A stretch of DNA of 51,120 nucleotides, counting the filler, from Diploschistes diacapsis (taxonomy: Eukaryota): NCBI GenBank assembly GCA_023645945.1. It is 3 parts of 3 records of this genome, joined end to end, with 100 filler letters (N's around TTAATTAATTAA, not from the genome) between each part and the next. Parts side by side here need not be neighbours in the genome. Positions count along the whole stretch, not along the records: positions 34,153 to 51,120 come from JALAIB010000478.1; 2 more parts are not named here. One strand, written 5' to 3'. The translations under genes were made by a program, and so were the position numbers. This document shows, in pieces, positions 45,401 through 51,120 of the stretch (position 1 is the first letter of the stretch; each line of letters begins with the position of its first letter). The notes below the pieces were generated by a model that was given only the letters and a program-made list of their open reading frames with translations, did not search any database and was not told where the DNA came from.

Positions 45401-46783
45401 GAATAGGAATCGGAGAAGCATCTCGAAGCCGGAGATTGCGGGGCGGACTTCAGGCATGACGAAAATGAAGCTCTCGAGCTTAGCTTCGGGCTGAGAGTGG
45501 ATTGTGATCTTGCCCTCTATTTTGATGAGCGTGGATTGCTCGATCAAGGGCTTGGATTGAGGGTAGATGGCATAGGCGGAATACGCTTCGGTAATCGTTG
45601 CGACGGGCGTGGCCTTCTTCGTCTTCTTCGTATCATAAAACTTTACCTCTCCCTTCAATACCACGGTGGCGTTGCGGTCGTATGCGGATCTCTTCTTCAT
45701 TGTCTTCTGTGCCCGCTGAACCTCTTTTTCGTCTGGCGGTGTGATGACACACCAGCACCTTCTCCACGGTGTGCCCGCGCCAAAGCGGACTCTGGTCCAT
45801 TCTTCGGTCTTGAACTTCATCTGGGTCATGATGGCTCTGATGTTGTTCAAACCTCTGCCTTTTCCGGCTATCAGCGACCCAGTATAAGCCTCTTGTAATG
45901 AAGCATGTTCAAACATGGCCAGGCGGATGCCGGCCGTCCACTGTGTCAGGGCATTGATGTTGCTGAAGTGAAACAAGTATCTGTTCCTGCCGGCAGTCGA
46001 AATGCTGAGCACGTTCTGTAGAGGCTGCGCATCCCTTGATCGAGTTTCTAGCGTCTCGATCTCGACCTGAATTAGCTCCTGTTTTTCTTCAGGTTTCCTG
46101 TCCACGGCTTACCATCTTTATGGAGGCATCTGCGAGATTCATGAAAGTGGCTGGCACCTCTGCCTCTTGACCTGCAGCATCCAAAGCAGTTGCATCCCAG
46201 AGTGACAGCACAGTCCCAACCAGCTGTGCAAAACATTCCGTCCAGGAACGGTCAGCATATGGCCGGCCATCTGTAAAGCTGATCAGTATCGAACGCTACA
46301 GGATGACCGCAGCAGGCCTACGTATATCCAGGTCATTCAACTTGAGGAAGTACCCCTCCTGATACAGTTTGTTGGAATGGCTGTTCAGAAAGGTGAAAAC
46401 AGGAAACAGCTCGGCGATGGCGTTGTTCGTGTCCATCTGCGGAGGCATATAACCGCCTATCATGGACACAGGCCTCGAGTCTGCTCGTGCTCTGCCGCTT
46501 CTTGCAGCTGGAGATTCTTGGACTACGGTCACTGCGGCGGGCGACGAAGTAGGTTCAGTGGACACATGGATGGGTTGCAGTTGCGGAGGTGTCTGCTGCT
46601 TCAGCGGCTGCTGGTGTAGTGGTTGATCCGTAGCTGGTTGCTTGTGGCCATGGGAAGTTTTTGAAGGTCCACCAAAGGTGGACATGAAGGACAAGACTGG
46701 TAACAAGGGATGTCAGCACCTGCTCTGTGCAACCGAGACTAGACGTTTTTGTCATTGAGCAACATACCTCGTGAGCGTCCCAT
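42497..46783 (-). CDS. PH-domain protein, Skg3/Caf120-like, with a long disordered and poly-Q C-terminus; 3 introns in the 5' region
   Basis: MGRSRVLSF start; NSHSNKLYQEGYFLKLNDLD, WTECFAQLVGTVLSLWDA, STAGRNRYLFHF, SLQEAYTGSLIAGKG, RVRFGAGTPWRRCWCVI, AYAIYPQSKPLIEQSTLIKIEG, LSAREQEHVAR, GGLVGAIEAREQEK. Confidence 0.88.
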
Positions 46784-47924
46784 CTTGGAATACTGCTTGC
46801 TCCCCCAGGCGACAGCGGCCAACTTTGCACCACAGAAACGAAAGAAGATAGTTGAGCAGGATCAAACGAATGTGGGTGCGCAGCGTGCAGGGACAGGAGT
46901 TGAGTTTTTCTGAAGGCCGGACGACCTCAAAGCGCTCTCGGATATGTACTGGGGTCAAGCGCGAAGTTGCGAGACAAAATGGGCAGCTGCTGCCCAGTGC
47001 AGTAGTGCAGTAGTTGTTGCTTGGGTGCAGTAGTTTGGCAGATCAGTCCCGGGCGACCACTGACCTACCTAGCCACGCGTTCCGTGAACTACCTAGTATT
47101 CATTCAACTCTTCGCCTCTGCAACAGAAGAGAAGAGAGTGGGAATATTAAAGTGGATTCAGCAAGAAGCAATTCAAGATCAAAAATAGGAAGGAGCAGAG
47201 GCCGGTGTGAGAGCACATGGCTCCACTTGTACACTTGTACACCTGCATCTATCTGAGCCTACCTTTCCTCGCCTTCGTCATGGAACTACCCTTTACGGAA
47301 TCAACCCCATTAATTGACATGCTTACTGGCGGTGTGGGTGAGCCTGGCAGGCCAAGTAGGTTGCTGCTTTACGAGGGACAGTTTCTTACCTAGTAGTTGT
47401 GTAGATAGTAGATAGTAGATAGTAGATAGTCGATGCTGGATACTGGATACTGGATTACTGTCTCTGATGGTCGAAATCCACCATCTCGGAAAGAACCAGC
47501 TAGGCCTAATACGGCGTAGCGCATCTGAAACCTTGCATTATACAGGATACCGTGAGTGATACAGCCACTATATGACCGACCACTGTGGCTCTATAACTGG
47601 ATTAACAAGCTCATGTTCGAGACTCTTTTCGCCAACTTTTACACAGGCGTAAGATTTCCTCATTACGATGGCACAGCCAAAATCTCTGTTGAACAACGTA
47701 AGGGATATATATATTGAAGTCTGGAGATCTGACTAAGAGGAATAATATCCTACATAAGTTACAGACTTTTATATCCACGGGATATGCTAAGCCCTGCAGC
47801 CTTGCACTACCCCCGAGTCGGTTTAGTGGGAACTCCAATTAGGTTCAGCTGAACTTCCCAGCCAATGCCTTCTGCCTGTATCTCGACCTTAATTTATGTA
47901 TGAGTATCAATTTATATCGTATAG

Positions 47925-47986
47925 TCTTTATAGAGCTAGCTTGTTCTTTATAGAGCTAGCTCGTTCTTTATAGAGCTAGCTCGTTC
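47925..47986. repeat. 20-bp tandem repeat x3 (TCTTTATAGAGCTAGCTYGT)
   Basis: Three consecutive copies read directly; one C/T difference. Confidence 0.9.
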
Positions 47987-48763
47987 GGGTGTATCGCTCA
48001 CCATGTTTTTAATGAGCTTAAGATATTCACGGATACCGGCATGCTACTAACGTCTTGGACGGTCCATCCGGCCATTCTTCCCTCCTGACATTTTAAATCA
48101 CTATTACTATCATTTTACGGTTCGTATATATAACTTATTTGTCGTAATTAAAAATGTAAATCGTAACTTTTTTTTCGATTTTCAAACCAAGGAAGCGAAG
48201 GGAGCGAAGGGAGCGAAGAGGATTGCGGGTATGCTGAAAGATTTCTCGCGCGGGCAGAACACGGCGTATATCAGAGCAATATCAGAGTATAATAAGAAGA
48301 AGAAGAATCGGGAGCTCAAGACAAGCAAGCAGTTTTAATCTCTCTTGAGGAACTGCGAAAAGTTAAAGTTTGAGCCAGGACAAACCATTGAGTATCACAG
48401 AATTTGCAAGGCGAGGTCGTTCCGTAGTTCTCCGTCGCTGAATTATCGGACTTGATCGGTGATAACACGCCGGCCTCCCTTCCGAGCCCGAAATCCTGCG
48501 CTTAAAACTCTTTCTGCCATTGTTTGTCGCCGGGTCAATACCCCAAAGGCGTCGAGCATTGAGCGGAGATGAGCTACAGGATGTCGCATGGCATGATTAA
48601 CGCTTCTCAAGGGTCTGTGTAGGCTCGTACTCTGTATTAGCTGAAGGATAGCTAAAGGATGCGTTTATTACTACGCCTACTCTGGGGTATTCATCGGTTC
48701 TGAATGCGATTACCGTCTTGATCCAAAGCTGCCAGCCAGCTGTGACCCCTCTCGCCCGGGGTT

Positions 48764-49958
48764 ATGCTGACCCTCAGAACCCCTATCCTCCGGGCTCTAA
48801 GAGGGAACGCCAAATTCATCAACTATGGAGAAGAACTGTTAATAAATCGAGGAGCCAGCAACTGGGCAACATCACCGGAAAAGAGGGTAACCCACGTGGG
48901 TACCACAACACCACAGCCAGAAGAGGTAGTGCAGAGCAATAGGCTTCCTTACTATTTTGACACGGGTTATGCGCTGTTCGCGAAACGTCCCTCGAGACCC
49001 TTTCCTCCCCCCTTTCTCTCGCCTCCATCCGGCTCATTCTCCGATCCGCTCAGCACCCATGATCGCAGCCGTGACAGACGGTCATTCTACCAGGGTGAGT
49101 TGGTAAGAGGCATATCAAATGGCGACGACGCTGTGCTCGTCGAAGAGAACCTTATCGGGGCAAATGATGGAGTAGGCGCATGGGTCACGAGGCCTCGAGG
49201 ACATGCTGCACTGTGGTCGCGCCTAATACTACATTTTTGGGCTGTTGAAGCTTCTAAAGCTCTGGGCGACCCTGCCACGCCTGATCCGGTCAAATACTTG
49301 CAAAAAGCTTTTGAGCAGACGAAAGAAGCTACGGCCGATCCTAACGAATGGCAAGGGACCACAACATCCTGTTCGGCTTATCTACACACCGAGGGTTCTG
49401 CGCCTGTGCTCTACGCAACCAATATTGGTGACTCTCGAGTCATGGTCGTTCGTCCCTCATCCGGCGAAATCATCTACAAGACCACGGAACAGTGGCATTG
49501 GTTCGACTGCCCATATCAACTGGGCACTAACTCGGTGGATTCGCCATCGGCGAACGCAACTTGTGATACCGTCTGTATTAAGGAAGATGACATCGTCCTT
49601 GCCGTGACAGATGGCCTTCCGGATAACCTATGGGATCATGAAATTGTAGGCTCAATTCAACGGAGCGTGGGCGCTTTGAGTAGCGAAAGCGAAACAAGGA
49701 CGGCAGGCAAGCGAGCGATTGAAAGTGGTGGTGGTATGATGTGGGTAGCTCAAGAGTTAGTCAGAGAGGCTCGCGAAGTTGCGGAGAACCCTTTTGCTGA
49801 AAGCCCGTTCATGGAGCGTGCTGTTGAAGAAGGCATCGGCTACGAGGGAGGTGAGTTCAGTGAAACTGTCACGCTTAGGGAATGACTTCTAATACCTCGT
49901 AGGGAAACTTGATGACATTAGCGTTGTGGCTGCCATTTGCAGACGTCGAAAGGGCTGA
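48764..49958 (+). CDS. PTC7: PP2C-family phosphatase, Ptc7/Azr1-like, probably mitochondrial; intron 49851-49902
   Basis: NGDDA, ANDGVGAW, GTTT, TNIGDS, EQWHWFDCPYQLGTNS, TDGLPDNLW, ESPF and spliced GGKLDDISVV; Arg-rich N-terminus MLTLRTPILRALRG. Confidence 0.88.
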
Positions 49959-50751
49959 AGAGGGGCCTTCAACTTGCCAACAATGAGACCACAAATACTG
50001 GCACGCTCTGGCAACAGCTCTTTTCTGGATAAGAGAAGTTCGAAGTTTTCGAACACGTCCGGTAGCCAAACATGATGCTAGCTTAGGATATCCTACCGCA
50101 TCCGCTTAGCAACAGCGACTCAGAAAGCCGCACGTGCAAATGCTGCCAATCGAAGCCAGTCAGTAGCTTAATTAGAGCAGTTTCAGTCCTAGTGACACCT
50201 AAGAAGAGGCTTGTTCTTCTTTCTCGAAGTCGGCAAGAATCATGCTCGTCACATTGGCATGCTCCCAGTGTGCTGTTGGCCGTTGATGAATGAGTATGTT
50301 ACTGGGCGATTGTAAACTGGAAAGATATACGGAAAAGAGTTTCACCGTGGAGAGAAGCTACAAGAAGTAACTAGTCTAGGAAAAGTTGCGTAGGGTGTCT
50401 GAGAAGATTGAGCCATGATCTATGAGGCGTCATACATTACTTAAAAAAAAGTTGCGAATCTAAATGATGTTATCTGCCTGGCATGTATCATTAAAATGTT
50501 CTCTCTCTCTTTAATCAGGATCTAGGTGATCCGTGAAAGTGAAAATGCCGTAACCCCGATCTGATATCCTCTACTGTAAATCCTTCCCAAAGCTTCCATT
50601 ACCCAGCCCTACATTATCCCCGCTAAAGCCATTATGGCTCAAGGACACCTCTGCCTCCGTTGAAACTCACCCAAGCGCTGTCATCGGCGCTCTTTTCTTC
50701 GTCCACCACGATCATTTTCTCTCCAGCGACATTCCCAAAGCTCCCGTCACA

Positions 50752-51120
50752 ATGCCCTCCAAGTCCCGCTCCTCCGGCACCTCCACCCCGTCGCGCGTCG
50801 CATCCTCCCAAAACACCTCCGCGACCGCTGCCAGCGGCAATAACAACAACCCCCTCTCCACCTCCTCCGCAACCGCAACCACATCGAATCTACTATCAAG
50901 ATCTTCCAAGCCCACCTCAAAGCCAAGCCCGAGCTCGAGCTCCGCAGCCTCCACCTCCTCCCCACAAGAAATCCTCACTCAACTCTGGAACTCCTACGTC
51001 GACAAGACGCCCCAGCGCACCAAGCTGATCGACACCTTCATGGCCTTTCTCATGCTCGTCGGCGCCATACAGTTCGTGTACTGTGTTTTGCTGGGGAACT
51101 ATGTACGTTCCCTCCTCCTT
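50752..51120 (+). CDS. OST2: Oligosaccharyltransferase subunit Ost2/DAD1, partial (intron starts at 51103, runs off the window)
   Basis: S/T-rich N-terminus then LWNSYVDKTPQRTKLIDTFMAFLMLVGAIQFVYCVLLGNY|GTACGT, the DAD1 signature. Confidence 0.92.
   Translation, partial: MPSKSRSSGTSTPSRVASSQNTSATAASGNNNNPLSTSSATATTSNLLSRSSKPTSKPSPSSSSAASTSSPQEILTQLWNSYVDKTPQRTKLIDTFMAFLMLVGAIQFVYCVLLGNYVRSLLL

Noticed and set aside
47925..47986. Repeat array as a possible CRISPR
   Set aside because: Head-to-tail copies with no spacers, eukaryotic context and no cas genes.

Overview
Eukaryotic, intron-containing DNA from a filamentous ascomycete (Pezizomycotina-type genes, ~50-nt introns with CTAAC/CTGAC branch sites). 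The window is not one locus. It is three contigs of near-identical, decreasing length (1-16979, 17080-34052, 34153-51120), joined by artificial 100-nt spacers (44 N + TTAATTAATTAA + 44 N), so gene order across the spacers means nothing. About 20 protein genes can be reconstructed by hand. Contig 1: ATG15, a VPS9-domain GEF, RPL7 (13 introns, hosting an snR39-like C/D snoRNA), SNF8, NIP1, NOP16, a YKE4-type ZIP transporter and a Bug1/GM130-like golgin. Contig 2: CCT3, a class II aldolase, NCL1, a secreted carboxylesterase, an acyl-CoA ligase and a GH43 arabinanase. Contig 3: a small secreted Cys protein, a CFA/CNMT-type methyltransferase, BUR1, a Skg3/Caf120-like PH protein, PTC7 and OST2. Most of this is conserved housekeeping content, and I cannot support a claim of a new multi-gene system. 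The most unusual observations are: (i) ~540 nt of apparently green-algal DNA (BLISTER-like exon plus ACAGC-rich intron) fused to the end of contig 2, suggesting a lichen-type metagenome chimera or, less likely, HGT; (ii) recurrent sharp C-rich to G-rich strand-skew flips inside genes, independent of gene orientation, that also coincide with contig ends; (iii) a small secreted protein gene that needs a GT-GG intron; (iv) splicing oddities in RPL7 (split start codon, 7-nt microexon, intronic snoRNA) and a GC-AG intron in the ZIP gene. All identifications come from motif recognition and manual splicing; no searches were run.
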